A DNA stretch of 64,000 nt from an uncultured delta proteobacterium. Its GTDB lineage: Bacteria; Myxococcota; Myxococcia; SLRQ01. Of this stretch, positions 24,706 to 35,408 are shown piece by piece. Within the stretch, counting starts at the first letter, position 1; each line of letters begins with the position of its first letter. The notes beneath the pieces were generated by a model, which made no database searches, was not told the origin of the DNA, and saw only the letters and a list, made by a program, of their open reading frames with translations. Both the position numbers and the translations under genes were made by a program. The stretch is from the NCBI GenBank assembly GCA_963727485.1, contig CAVSGM010000002.1:512001-576000 (forward strand). Reading direction: 5' to 3'.

Positions 24706-25845
24706 TCAGGCGCTGGCGCCTTCGCCGGCCAGGAGCGCGGCCCCGAGGGCCGAGGCGTCGTCGGGGAGGCGCATGGGGGTCTTTCCGAAGAACCGGGCGG
24801 TCGCCGCCTGGATCTCCCGGGCCCGCACCGGCCGGCCGTAGAGGAGCACCGCGTCGATCTCCTCGGGCTCGACCCGCGCCGCCCGGAGCACCGACCGGGC
24901 CACCGCCAGGGTGTGGCGCACCAGGTCGCCGGTGAGCCGCACCAGGGTCCGCCGGTCGAGGCTCACCGCCAGGTCCAGGGGCGCGCCCCCGTCCCCGAGG
25001 GTGAGGAACGGCACCTGCACCGGGGCCACGTCCTCCACGTCGAGGCGCACCTTCGCGGCCTCGGCGGCCTCGAGGATCCGCTGGCACCCCACCGGGTCCG
25101 AGAAGGATCCCATCTGGTGCTGCCGGAGGAAGGCCTCGTGGAGGTGGCCGGCGATCCGCCGGTCGAAGAGCCCGCCGCCGAGGTCCTCCCCGGTGGAGGC
25201 CACCACCTCGTAGTGGCCCTTGCGGTTCCGCTCCAGGACCGTGGCGTCGAAGATGCCCCCGCCGAGGCCGTAGAGGAAGACGGTCTTCAGCGCCCGACCG
25301 CGTCCGGCGGCGTCGACCAGCCGGGTGAGGCAGTCGGACTCGTCGGCGGTCTGGACGTCCTTGAGGCCCGCCCGGCGCGCCGCCTCGGTGAGGGCCTCGC
25401 GCTGGGCGGCGGTGTAGTAGTCGGGGACCGGGAGGATCGCCTCGGTGATCTCGGCGCCGAGGTTGTCCTGGGCCTGGCCCTTGAGGTCCCGGAGGACCAT
25501 CGCCGCGGCGTCGACCATGGAGACCCGGGCGCCGCCGACCTCGGCGCAGAGGCCGTCGTCGGAGGCGAGGACCTTGTAGGCGAGGCCGTCGGTGAACTGG
25601 CGGACCCCGGTGGACTTGAGGTCCCGGCCCAGGAGGCCCTTCATCCCCACCACCGTGTCCGCGGGTCGGGAGACCAGCTGCGCCCGGGCGTCGCGACCCA
25701 CCAGCCACCGGCCCCGGGCGTCCACCGCCACCGCCGCCGGGAGGGTCACCGCCCCACCCCGCAGGGGCACGGACCGGGGCTTCGCTCCGTCCAGGGTCGC
25801 GGCCACCGCGTTGGTCGTGCCGAGGTCGAGTGCGACGCCCCTCAT
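24706..25845 (-). CDS. Hsp70-family protein, nucleotide-binding domain only, degenerate motifs
   Basis: DLGTTN, VPDYY...QREAL..AA..AGL, LGGGIFD, ALGAALLA-end; no substrate-binding domain. Confidence 0.8.
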   Translation of the reverse strand: MRGVALDLGTTNAVAATLDGAKPRSVPLRGGAVTLPAAVAVDARGRWLVGRDARAQLVSRPADTVVGMKGLLGRDLKSTGVRQFTDGLAYKVLASDDGLCAEVGGARVSMVDAAAMVLRDLKGQAQDNLGAEITEAILPVPDYYTAAQREALTEAARRAGLKDVQTADESDCLTRLVDAAGRGRALKTVFLYGLGGGIFDATVLERNRKGHYEVVASTGEDLGGGLFDRRIAGHLHEAFLRQHQMGSFSDPVGCQRILEAAEAAKVRLDVEDVAPVQVPFLTLGDGGAPLDLAVSLDRRTLVRLTGDLVRHTLAVARSVLRAARVEPEEIDAVLLYGRPVRAREIQAATARFFGKTPMRLPDDASALGAALLAGEGASA

Positions 25846-25855
25846 TCCACCCATG

Positions 25856-26835
25856 CTAGCACGCCTCCGGCTCCTCCCTTGACCCGTCGAGCCAGGCCTC
25901 GAGCTCGGACCCGAGCCCGGCGACCTCGACGCCTGGATCCAGCCAGACGACGCCGGGCTCCTTGCGTAACCAGGTCCCCTGGCGCCGGGCGTACTGCCAG
26001 GTCCGGGCGGCCAGGCGGTCGACCAGGGCCGCCCGGTCCAGCTCGCCTTGGAGCCAGGCGGCGACCTCGGCGTAGCCCAGCACCCGCGGGAGCCGGTGGG
26101 TCCCGCCCTCGGCGGCGAGGAGGCGCCGGACCTCGTCGGCCCACCCGGCGTCGAGCATCGCCTCCACCCGGGTGCGGATGCGGCCGCGCAGCGCGTCGCG
26201 GGGGAGGCGCAGGGCCAGGAGCCGGTGGGGATGGCGGGCCTCGGCGAAGCGGTGGTCCGCCTGGATCCCCGAGAGGGGCCGCCCGGCGAGGCGGTGGACC
26301 TCCAGGGCCCGGATCAGCCGGAGGCGGTCGTTGGGGTGGAGGCGGGCGGCGGCCTCGGGGTCGACCTCGGCGAGGCGGGCGTGGAGGGCCGCGGTGCCCT
26401 CGGCGTCGGCGCGGGCCTCGAGCTCGGCCCGGAGGGCCTCGTCCCGGGGGGCGCCGGGGCCAGCCCGTGGAGGAGCCCCCGGATCCACAGGCCCGTGCCC
26501 CCGACCACCAGGGCCCGGCGCCCCCGGCGGTGGATGTCGGCGAGGGCGGCGTCGGCGAGGGCCACGTAGTCGGCGACGGTGAGCTGCTCGCCGGGATCGG
26601 CGACGTCGAGGAGGTGGTGGGGCACCCGCGCCCGGTCGGCGGCGCTCGGCTTGGCGGTGCCCACGTCGAGGCCCCGGTAGACCTGCTGGGAGTCGGCGCC
26701 GACGATCTCGGCGCCCAGGCGCTCGGCCAGCGCCAGGGCCAGGGCGCTCTTGCCGCTGGCGGTGGGCCCGGTGAGGACCACGATCCGGGGCCGCCCCGCC
26801 TGGGCCCCGGGCGTCGCCGGCGCGTCCCCGCTCAT
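25856..26835 (-). CDS. miaA: tRNA dimethylallyltransferase (one frameshift in a C-run near 26447)
   Basis: GPTASGKS, DSQQVY, GTAKP, GGTGL; HPNDRLRLIRALEV and YARRQ.TW in the second frame; follows mutL. Confidence 0.92.
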
Positions 26836-28670
26836 CGCCGGCCGAAGCGGCGCTCGATCTCCCGGGCGTCGAGCTCGAAGGCCACCGGGCGGCCGTGGGG
26901 GCAGTTGGCCTTGAAGGGGATGCCGTCCATCCGGGCCAGAAGCGCCTCGCAGGCCTCCCGGGTGAGGCGGTCCCCGGCGCGGACCACCGAGTGGCAGGCG
27001 ACGGTGGCCAACAGCTTGTCCCGGGCGCGCTCCACCGCCCCGCCCCCGGACCCGGCCTCGAGATCCGAGAGGTCCGAGGCCACGTCCCGGAGCACGCCCA
27101 TCAGGCCCCGGTCCTGGAGGGGCGCCGGGACCGCCCGGATGGCCACCGTGCCCTCGCCGAGGGTCGACAGATCGAAGCCGAGGCCGGCGAGGACCTCGCC
27201 GCTGCCGTCGAGGAGGGTCGCCTCGGCCAGGGAGAGCTCGAGGGTGGTGGGGACCAGGAGCTGCTGGACGGGCATCGCCCCCTCGGCGGCGAGGGCCCGG
27301 AGGCGCTCGAACTCCAGGCGCTCGTGGGCCGCGTGCTGGTCGACGACCACCAGGCCGTCGGGGCCCTCGCAGAGGATGAAGCTGGCCTTGAGCTGGCCGA
27401 TGACCGTGAGGTGGGTGAAGTAGCCCGGGCCCCGGTCGACCCCGGGCGCCTCGCCGTCCCCGGGCGCCTCGCCCCACCCCGCCGGCCGCTCCCCCAGGCG
27501 ACCCTGACCGGGCCGGGCGAAGAGGCTCGGGAGGGCCGCAGGGTCGTGGCGCCTCGCGCCCCCGAAGCGCTCGAGGGCGTCGAGGACCCGCTCCCGGTGG
27601 TCGGCGACCCTGGGGTCCACGTCGTCGCCGCCCTTGAGGCCATAGCGCTTCTGGCCGCCGACCCAGGGCGCCGCCGCCAGGGTCCGGCCCACCGCCGAGA
27701 TCACCGCCTCGTAGGCGGCGCGGCCGTTGGCAAAGCGGACCTCGGTCTTCTGGGGGTGGACGTTCACGTCCACCTCGTCGGCGGGGAGGTCCACGAAGAG
27801 GACCACCACCGGGTGGCGGGCCCGGTCGACGAGCTCGCCGTAGGCGCGGCCGATGGCGTGGGCGAGCTGCCGGTCCCGGACGAAGCGCCGGTTCACGAAG
27901 GTGTAGATGCTCTTCGGCGAGCCCCGGGTCACCGACGGCGAGGCCAGGAGGCCCGTGACCCGGATCGCGCCCAGGCCCCCGTCCACCGGGTGGAGCTGGC
28001 CGTGGACCTCCCGGCCCAGGGCGGCGACCACCCGGTCCGCCAGGTCGGGGCTGGCCGGCGAGCTGAAGACCTTGCGCCCGTCGTGCTCCAGGGAGAAGGC
28101 CACCTCGGGGTGCGAGAGGGCCAGCCGGGTGAGGGCCTCGGAGACGTGGGCCATCTCGGTCTGGGGTCGCCGGAGGAACTTGCGCCGGGCCGGGACGTTG
28201 AAGAAGAGGTCGGCGATGCGGACGGTGGTGCCCTCGGGGGCGCCGGCGGCGGCGTGCTCCACCAGGTGCCCGCCCTCGACCACCACCCGGGTCCCCTCGA
28301 GGGCGTCCGCGGGCCGGGTGAGGAGGGTGAAGCGCGAGACCGCGGCGATGGAGGGCACCGCCTCCCCCCGGAAGCCCAGGGTGCGGATGTCGAAGAGGCC
28401 GTCCTCGCCCTCGAGCTTGCTGGTGGCGTGGCGCTCGAGGCAGAGGCGCGCGTCCTCCGGGCCCATCCCCGAGCCGTCGTCCCGGACCTCCACCAGGTCC
28501 CGGCCCCCGGCGGAAACCCGGACGTCGATGCGGGTGGCCCCGGCGTCGAGGGCGTTCTCCACCAGCTCCTTGAGGACCGACGCCGGGCGCTCGACCACCT
28601 CTCCGGCGGCGATCTTGTTGGCCACGGCCTCGGAGAGGCGGTGGATCCGGGGGGGCGCGGGGTCGCTCAC
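26832..28670 (-). CDS. mutL: DNA mismatch repair endonuclease MutL
   Basis: IAAGEVVERP, GFRGEA, DVNVHPQK, endonuclease motifs DQHAAHER, ACH and CPHGRP. Confidence 0.96.
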   Translation of the reverse strand: MSDPAPPRIHRLSEAVANKIAAGEVVERPASVLKELVENALDAGATRIDVRVSAGGRDLVEVRDDGSGMGPEDARLCLERHATSKLEGEDGLFDIRTLGFRGEAVPSIAAVSRFTLLTRPADALEGTRVVVEGGHLVEHAAAGAPEGTTVRIADLFFNVPARRKFLRRPQTEMAHVSEALTRLALSHPEVAFSLEHDGRKVFSSPASPDLADRVVAALGREVHGQLHPVDGGLGAIRVTGLLASPSVTRGSPKSIYTFVNRRFVRDRQLAHAIGRAYGELVDRARHPVVVLFVDLPADEVDVNVHPQKTEVRFANGRAAYEAVISAVGRTLAAAPWVGGQKRYGLKGGDDVDPRVADHRERVLDALERFGGARRHDPAALPSLFARPGQGRLGERPAGWGEAPGDGEAPGVDRGPGYFTHLTVIGQLKASFILCEGPDGLVVVDQHAAHERLEFERLRALAAEGAMPVQQLLVPTTLELSLAEATLLDGSGEVLAGLGFDLSTLGEGTVAIRAVPAPLQDRGLMGVLRDVASDLSDLEAGSGGGAVERARDKLLATVACHSVVRAGDRLTREACEALLARMDGIPFKANCPHGRPVAFELDAREIERRFGRR

Positions 28671-28720
28671 GGGAGGAACGTACGCGGCGCCCCGGGCCGC
28701 CGGCAAGCGGCCCGAAAGGT

Positions 28721-28750
28721 TTGACCTCGGATCGTCCGTCACGTTACATT
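28721..28750 (+). promoter_or_regulatory. sigma70-type promoter of the epimerase-acyltransferase pair
   Basis: TTGACC-N18-TACATT. Confidence 0.5.
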
Positions 28751-28785
28751 CCGCGCGCTTTCACGGGATGGGACACGCGGGCGTC

Positions 28786-29805
28786 ATGGCACGAGAGCGT
28801 CGCAACGTCAGCGAGGAGGGTCGGGGGGGCCGCCGGGTCGCGGTCACCGGCGCCGCGGGCTTTTTCGGACGCAGCCTGCTCCAGCGCCTGGTGGGCGACC
28901 GGCGGTACGCGCAGATCCTCACCCTCGACGTGCGGCCCCCGGCGGTCGAAGGCGAGACCCTCACCCACCGCCACCTCGACCTGACCCACCCCACCGCCGA
29001 CCAGGACCTCCTCGAGGCGCTGCGCAGCTACGAGATCGACACCCTGGTCCACCTGGCCTTCCTCTCCGAGCCCACCCACCAGTCCACCTGGGCCCACGAG
29101 CTCGAGGCCATCGGGACCCTCCACGTCCTCAACGCCTGCGCCGAGCACCCGGTGCGCAAGGTGGTGATGCAGTCCACCACCGCGGTCTACGGCCCCCACC
29201 CGAAGAACCCGAACTTCCTCCGGGAGACCCACCCCATGGGGGGCCTGCGCGGGTCGCGGTACGTCGCCGATCGGGTCGAGGCCGAGCGCCAGCTCATCCG
29301 CTTCAAGCGCGAGCACCCGGAGGTCACCTGCACCTCCCTGCGCTTCGCCCCGGTGGTCGGGCCCACGGTCCGCAACTGGACCACCCGCTACCTCTCGTTC
29401 CCCACCCCCATCACCATCCTCGGCTACGATCCGCTCATCCAGCTCCTCCACGAGACCGACGCCGTCGACGCCCTCACCCTCGCGGTGAGCCGGGACCACG
29501 ACGGGGCCTTCAACATCGTCGCCGACGGGGTCCTCCCCCTGACCGCGGCCCTGCACCTCCTCGGGCGCGTGCCCCTGCCGGTGCCCGGCCCCGTGGCCCG
29601 GGCCTGGGTGGGGAGCCTCTGGGCCATGCAGCTGATGAACACCCCGACGACCTTCCTCGGGTTCCTCCGCTTCCTCTGCGTCGCCGACGGCGAGCGGGCC
29701 CGGCGGGAGATGGGCTTCATGCCCCGCTACGCCAGCCGCGAGGCGCTCCTGTCGTTCGGGGGCGCGCGGCGGCTGCGGGACGTCCAGGCGGGAGGCACGG
29801 CGTGA
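28786..29805 (+). CDS. NAD-dependent epimerase/dehydratase (extended SDR)
   Basis: VTGAAGFFG, VHLAF, STTAVYG. Confidence 0.85.
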   Translation: MARERRNVSEEGRGGRRVAVTGAAGFFGRSLLQRLVGDRRYAQILTLDVRPPAVEGETLTHRHLDLTHPTADQDLLEALRSYEIDTLVHLAFLSEPTHQSTWAHELEAIGTLHVLNACAEHPVRKVVMQSTTAVYGPHPKNPNFLRETHPMGGLRGSRYVADRVEAERQLIRFKREHPEVTCTSLRFAPVVGPTVRNWTTRYLSFPTPITILGYDPLIQLLHETDAVDALTLAVSRDHDGAFNIVADGVLPLTAALHLLGRVPLPVPGPVARAWVGSLWAMQLMNTPTTFLGFLRFLCVADGERARREMGFMPRYASREALLSFGGARRLRDVQAGGTA

Positions 29806-31430
29806 GCGGCAAGGGCCCGAGGCTGGGGAACGACCCGTTCCAGCGCGGAGCGGCGAGCCGGGAGCCGGCGCCGGCCGCCGAGGCCGAGTCGCAGGCGAAG
29901 GCCGAGGCGCCGGTGGACGAGGCAACCGGAAAGAAGTCCGCACCCCCGGCGGCGAAAGCAAAGAAGGCGGCGAAGTCCAAGCAGCGCCCGGCGGCGCCCA
30001 GGAAGAGCACGGCCAAGAAGCAGCAGCCAGCGTCGAACCCAGCGACGGCGACCAGCAACAGGAAGCCGACGGCCGGGAAGCCCGCCGCCACCAAGAAGCC
30101 GTCGGCGAAGAGGCAGCCGGCGTCCTCCAAGTCCCGCCCCGCGAGGCAACCCTCGACGCCGCCCCCACCGACCCCGAAGAGAGCCGGCGCCAAGACCACT
30201 CGGGCACCCGAGCCCTCGCGCGTTCGCGCCCATGCCGCGTCGCCGGCCCCCACCGGTACCGTTCACCCCTTCCCCACCCCGGCGCCGGACCCAGCGACCG
30301 ACGACGCCACCCTCCCCCCCTGGCTCCGCGCCGCCACCACCGCCTACACCGGCCCCGACGCCTTCGACGCCGACGACGACGCCACCGCCCGCGCCGAGCC
30401 CACTCCCCCCGACGCCGGCTCCCTCGACGAGGCCGTCCGCGCCGCGGGCCTCGGCGGCACCGCCGCCCTCATGGAGTCGTCCGAGGAGCCCCCGCGCGCC
30501 GTCTCCGGCCTCGAGCGCCTCCTCCGCTCGCTCCTCGGCCCCAACCTCGCCAGCGAGGTCCAGGAGGCCATCGCCGAGGTCGCCGAGGTCGCCCGCAAGG
30601 CCGTGGTGGGCTCGTCTGCCAGCCGCCGGTCCGAGATGATCGGCCGCCGCGCGGAGAACTACGACGAGTTCGGCCTCGACCACGCCTTCGAGACCCGGGT
30701 CCGCCCCTTCTTCCAGGCCCTCTTCGAGCGCTACTTCCGGGTCGAGGTGAAGGGCATCGAGCAGGTCCCCGACGCCGGCCGGTGCATGCTGGTGTGCAAC
30801 CACTCCGGCGCCCTGCCCTACGACGGCACCATGGTGAAGACCGCCGTGGAGCTGCGCCACCCCTCGCCGCGCCCGGTCCGCCCCCTGGTCGAGGACTTCG
30901 TCTACCACTTCCCCTTCCTGGGCACGTTCATCAACCGCTACGGCGGGGTCCGCGCCTGCCCCGAGAACGCCGAGCGCCTCCTCGACCACGACGCCCTGGT
31001 GGCGGTCTTCCCCGAGGGCCTCAAGGGCCTGGGCAAGCTCTACCGCCAGCGCTACCAGCTCCAGCGCTTCGGCCGGGGCGGCTTCGTGAAGCTGGCGCTG
31101 CGCACCGGCACCCCCGTCGTCCCGGTGGCCATCGTCGGCGCGGAGGAGATCCACCCGCTGCTGGCCAAGATCACCTTCCTGGTCCGGCCGCTGGGCATCC
31201 CCTACCTGCCCATCACCCCCACCTTCCCGCTCCTGGGGCCGCTCGGCCTGCTGCCGCTGCCCTCCAAGTGGACCATCGTCTTCGGGGAGCCGGTGGACCT
31301 GTCCCGCTACGGGCCCGACGCCGCCGACGACCGGATCCTGGTCAACCGCCTCGCCGAGTCGATCCGCTCGCGGATCCAGACCATGGTCGACGACGTCCTC
31401 GAGACCCGCCGGGGCGTGTTCCGCGGCTGA
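29802..31430 (+). CDS. PlsC-like lysophospholipid acyltransferase with long Lys/Ala/Pro-rich N-terminus
   Basis: NHSGALPYD (HX4-5D), VFPEG, PVVPVAIVGAEE; GTGA overlap. Confidence 0.85.
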   Translation: MSGKGPRLGNDPFQRGAASREPAPAAEAESQAKAEAPVDEATGKKSAPPAAKAKKAAKSKQRPAAPRKSTAKKQQPASNPATATSNRKPTAGKPAATKKPSAKRQPASSKSRPARQPSTPPPPTPKRAGAKTTRAPEPSRVRAHAASPAPTGTVHPFPTPAPDPATDDATLPPWLRAATTAYTGPDAFDADDDATARAEPTPPDAGSLDEAVRAAGLGGTAALMESSEEPPRAVSGLERLLRSLLGPNLASEVQEAIAEVAEVARKAVVGSSASRRSEMIGRRAENYDEFGLDHAFETRVRPFFQALFERYFRVEVKGIEQVPDAGRCMLVCNHSGALPYDGTMVKTAVELRHPSPRPVRPLVEDFVYHFPFLGTFINRYGGVRACPENAERLLDHDALVAVFPEGLKGLGKLYRQRYQLQRFGRGGFVKLALRTGTPVVPVAIVGAEEIHPLLAKITFLVRPLGIPYLPITPTFPLLGPLGLLPLPSKWTIVFGEPVDLSRYGPDAADDRILVNRLAESIRSRIQTMVDDVLETRRGVFRG

Positions 31431-31448
31431 CGGCGGCGGCCCGGCCCG

Positions 31449-32330
<882 letters not shown>

Positions 32331-32388
32331 GATGCCCTCCAGCCTAGCACGGTGCCCGGGCGTTCGCCTCCCCGGGGCCCGGACGCAA

Positions 32389-32417
32389 GAAAGGCGCCGG
32401 GGTCGCCGGCGCCTTTC
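32389..32417 (-). terminator. Intrinsic terminator after the lipoprotein gene
   Basis: GAAAGGCGCCGG-N5-CCGGCGCCTTTC followed by TT on the minus strand. Confidence 0.7.
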
Positions 32418-32461
32418 CCGCACGGCCCGCCCGGGGGCGGACCGTCCTGGTCAGCTCCGCC

Positions 32462-34732
32462 CTACTGCGCGGTGATCCCCAGGTTGGAGAAGCCCTTCAC
32501 CAGGACGCCGAGGCTGTCCAGGTTCTCCGAGTTGAACGCCGCCAGCTGGTCCAGGGTGGTGCCATCGGTGGTCATCACCGCCTGGGCATCGGCGCTCTCC
32601 CCGGCCTCGAGGCGGTCCCCGCAGGGGGTGCTCGCGCCACCGCACATGTAGGCGGTGGGATCCGGGAGGGTGATCGGGCTCGTGGCGCTGGCGTGGTAGA
32701 CCACCCAGCCCTGGTCCTGGCCGTTGGTGAGGGCGAGGCGGTAGAAGTCCGCGCCGTCCACCGCCGCCGGGGTGAACACCCGGGTCGCCGAGTCGAGGGT
32801 GGCCCCCTTGGCGAACGGCATGTAGTCGGTGGTGCCGAAGTTGATCTCCTGCTGGTACCCGATGCTCGAGACCTCCTTGGAGAGGCCGGAGATCGCGGTG
32901 CCACCGCCGCCGGTGAGGTTCCCGAAGCTCAGGGCGATGGAGAGGATGACGTAGTCGCTCCCCTCGATGCCGCCGTGCTCCGGCGCCAGGCGCATGGTCA
33001 CCTTGCCCGGATCCGGGTTGGCGCCGGTGTCGTTGACCACGCCGTTGGGGGTGTCGTTCTGGGGATCCGAGACGTCGGTCCCGGCGGTGACGCCCAGGGG
33101 CACGAGGCCCTGGCCGACCACCCGGGTGCCGCCGAGGATCACCGCACCGTCGAGGTAGCTCCCGTCCGCCAGGGTCGGCAGCTTCGGCACGTCGATGATG
33201 GCCTTGAGGCCCAGGGCGGTGTCGAAGTTCAGCGCCTGGTCGGGGAACTGGCTGAAGTCCGGCAGGGTCTTGGTGTTGTCGGCCGGATCCGGCACCCGGG
33301 GGTACTCGGAGATGGACACGCCCGGGGTCACCGAGGAGTAGAGACCGTTGAACAGCGGGAGGAGCTGACCCACGAGCTGCCCGATGGGCAGGTTCGAGGT
33401 GGAGCCGCCGCTGATCACCGGCCCGAGGACCTGGGTGACCTTGTCCAGCGGCAGGTTGCCGCCCAGCGCCCAGGCGGTGCGCAGCCCGGGGATGCCGAGG
33501 GGATCGTAGTCGCCCTTGAACATGTTGCTGCCGATGCCGAGGACCATGCCGCTGGGGAGCGGGACGTCCTGGTCGACGCCGGCGAGGCTGATGTGGGTCT
33601 GGATGAGCTCACCGATGAGCACCGAGAGGTCCAGGTCCATGAAGTTGCCGGGGATGGAGGTGCCGGCCAGGGCCAGGTGGACGCTGTCGGCGCCGAGCTT
33701 GGAGAAGTCGTCGGTGGTCAGGGTGCCCTTGTAGCCGCCCGACATGTCCGGGACCTTGTTCCGGGGCAGGTAGACCACCAGGTCGTTGGAGCTGGTGCCC
33801 ATGACGGTCACGTACTGGTAGCCGTTGGGGGCGTCGGTGTTGGTGGGATCGACGGCGGTGAACACGCTGACGTCGAAGCTGGTGCCACCGGGGCTGGCGA
33901 TGTCGACCACGCCCGTGTTGTCGGTCACGTCGTCGGTCTCGCCGGCGCTGGACTTGACCACCACCCGGGCGCCGGAGATGGGGCTCCGGGTCAGGGCGTC
34001 GAGGACGACCACCCGGACGTTGCCCGAGGTCGCCGCCGCGTAGTTGGTGTCCGTCACGGTGCACGAGGCGGAGCCGATGGTGGCGGTGATGGTGGCCGAG
34101 CCGGGAGCGGCGCCGCCGGTGATCGTGGCCATGGACGACTCGGAGGCGTCGGGCGCGACGCTGGCGACGGCGCTGCTCGAGGACCAGGTGAAGTTGGCGT
34201 CAGGCACCACGTACTGCCCGGCCTTGGTGGCGTAGGCGTGGAGCACCACCTTCTCACCGGCGTGGGTGTAGATGGGGGTCGGGGCGATGACGCAGCCGTC
34301 CGCCGTCTGACCGGTGGTGCACTTGCCGCCGATGCACTGGCCGGTGCCGTTGCAGTCGGCGGTGCTGGAGCACGCGGGGATCTCGCAGATGCCCTCGTCG
34401 CACACGCAGGCGCCGCCGCCGCAGGTGTCGGGGCTGAACTCCTGCTTGGAGCAGTCCGAGGCGGTGTTGCACAGGAGCTGACAGGCGCCGGTGCTCTTCT
34501 CACAGTACGGGGTGTAGCCGGTGTACTGGGTGGCGAGATCGCTGCAGTCGCGGTTGCTGACGCAGCAGCCGGCCTGGCCCAGGGTGCAGGCCCCGTTGTT
34601 GCCGCCGTCGGTGGTGCCGGCATCGGTGCCGCCGTCGGTACCGCCGCCGCTGGTGGGGCCGCAAGCGGCGAGGAGCGTCACGGCCGCGACCGTGAGCATG
34701 GGCATGGTAAGTCGACGCCTCGTACTGTGCAT
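32462..34732 (-). CDS. Cys-rich lipoprotein with Ig-like domain
   Basis: GGAGGGAG SD, lipobox LLAAC, DGG repeats, Cys-rich region, FTWSSSSAVASV Ig motif. Confidence 0.8.
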   Translation of the reverse strand: MHSTRRRLTMPMLTVAAVTLLAACGPTSGGGTDGGTDAGTTDGGNNGACTLGQAGCCVSNRDCSDLATQYTGYTPYCEKSTGACQLLCNTASDCSKQEFSPDTCGGGACVCDEGICEIPACSSTADCNGTGQCIGGKCTTGQTADGCVIAPTPIYTHAGEKVVLHAYATKAGQYVVPDANFTWSSSSAVASVAPDASESSMATITGGAAPGSATITATIGSASCTVTDTNYAAATSGNVRVVVLDALTRSPISGARVVVKSSAGETDDVTDNTGVVDIASPGGTSFDVSVFTAVDPTNTDAPNGYQYVTVMGTSSNDLVVYLPRNKVPDMSGGYKGTLTTDDFSKLGADSVHLALAGTSIPGNFMDLDLSVLIGELIQTHISLAGVDQDVPLPSGMVLGIGSNMFKGDYDPLGIPGLRTAWALGGNLPLDKVTQVLGPVISGGSTSNLPIGQLVGQLLPLFNGLYSSVTPGVSISEYPRVPDPADNTKTLPDFSQFPDQALNFDTALGLKAIIDVPKLPTLADGSYLDGAVILGGTRVVGQGLVPLGVTAGTDVSDPQNDTPNGVVNDTGANPDPGKVTMRLAPEHGGIEGSDYVILSIALSFGNLTGGGGTAISGLSKEVSSIGYQQEINFGTTDYMPFAKGATLDSATRVFTPAAVDGADFYRLALTNGQDQGWVVYHASATSPITLPDPTAYMCGGASTPCGDRLEAGESADAQAVMTTDGTTLDQLAAFNSENLDSLGVLVKGFSNLGITAQ

Positions 34733-34824
34733 GTTCCCTCCCTCCGAGATCCGTCGGAGATTGTATCGATGTCGCCCCTGCGCAAAGGTCGATCGGAGCG
34801 ACAGGGTCGCATTGATCCCACGCG

Positions 34825-34842
34825 CTTGACACAGGTGTCAAG
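34825..34842. promoter_or_regulatory. Perfect inverted repeat, operator-like
   Basis: CTTGACAC-AG-GTGTCAAG in a divergent intergenic region. Confidence 0.5.
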
Positions 34843-34928
34843 GCGACCTCGACCGCGATTCCTGCGGGTCAGGGTGGCGTCCGCCACGACGCAGCGCGGC
34901 ATGGCGGGAGACGCGCTAGGATGGACCG

Positions 34929-35399
34929 GTGAACCGCCCGCCCCCCAGGCCCGGACGCCGCCGCCAGCGCGGCCTCGCCCCGGTCGCCGCCCCGCTGGCG
35001 AGGGTGGCCCGGGGCCTCGGCGCCGCCCCGGGCTACGGGCGCCTCCAGGTCGCCTGGGCCCTGGCCGCCGGGGATCGCCTGGGCCAGCGCACCCGGGTCC
35101 GGGGCCTCGACGGAACCTGCCTCTCCGTCGCCGTCCCCGACGAGGCCTGGGCCGCCCAGCTCGGGGCGCTCCAGGGGACCTTCCTCGGGCGCCTGGCCCG
35201 GACCCTCGGCCCGGGGGTGGTGCGCCGCCTGCGCTTCGACGTGGTCCCAGGCGAGGTGCGGGTGCCCGACGCCCCGGCCACCCCTCGCCCCCGGGCGGTC
35301 ACCGACGCCGACCGCCGGGAGGTCGCCGACGCGGGGGTCACCGATCCCGACCTCGCCGAGGCCATCGCCCGGGCCATGGCCGCCAGCCGCGGTCGCTAG
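34929..35399 (+). CDS. DciA/DUF721 family helicase-loader-like protein
   Basis: W...AG...T......L.V.V....WA.QL......L..L...LG...V..LRF pattern. Confidence 0.7.
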   Translation: MNRPPPRPGRRRQRGLAPVAAPLARVARGLGAAPGYGRLQVAWALAAGDRLGQRTRVRGLDGTCLSVAVPDEAWAAQLGALQGTFLGRLARTLGPGVVRRLRFDVVPGEVRVPDAPATPRPRAVTDADRREVADAGVTDPDLAEAIARAMAASRGR

Positions 35400-35408
35400 G
35401 GTCGGTGC

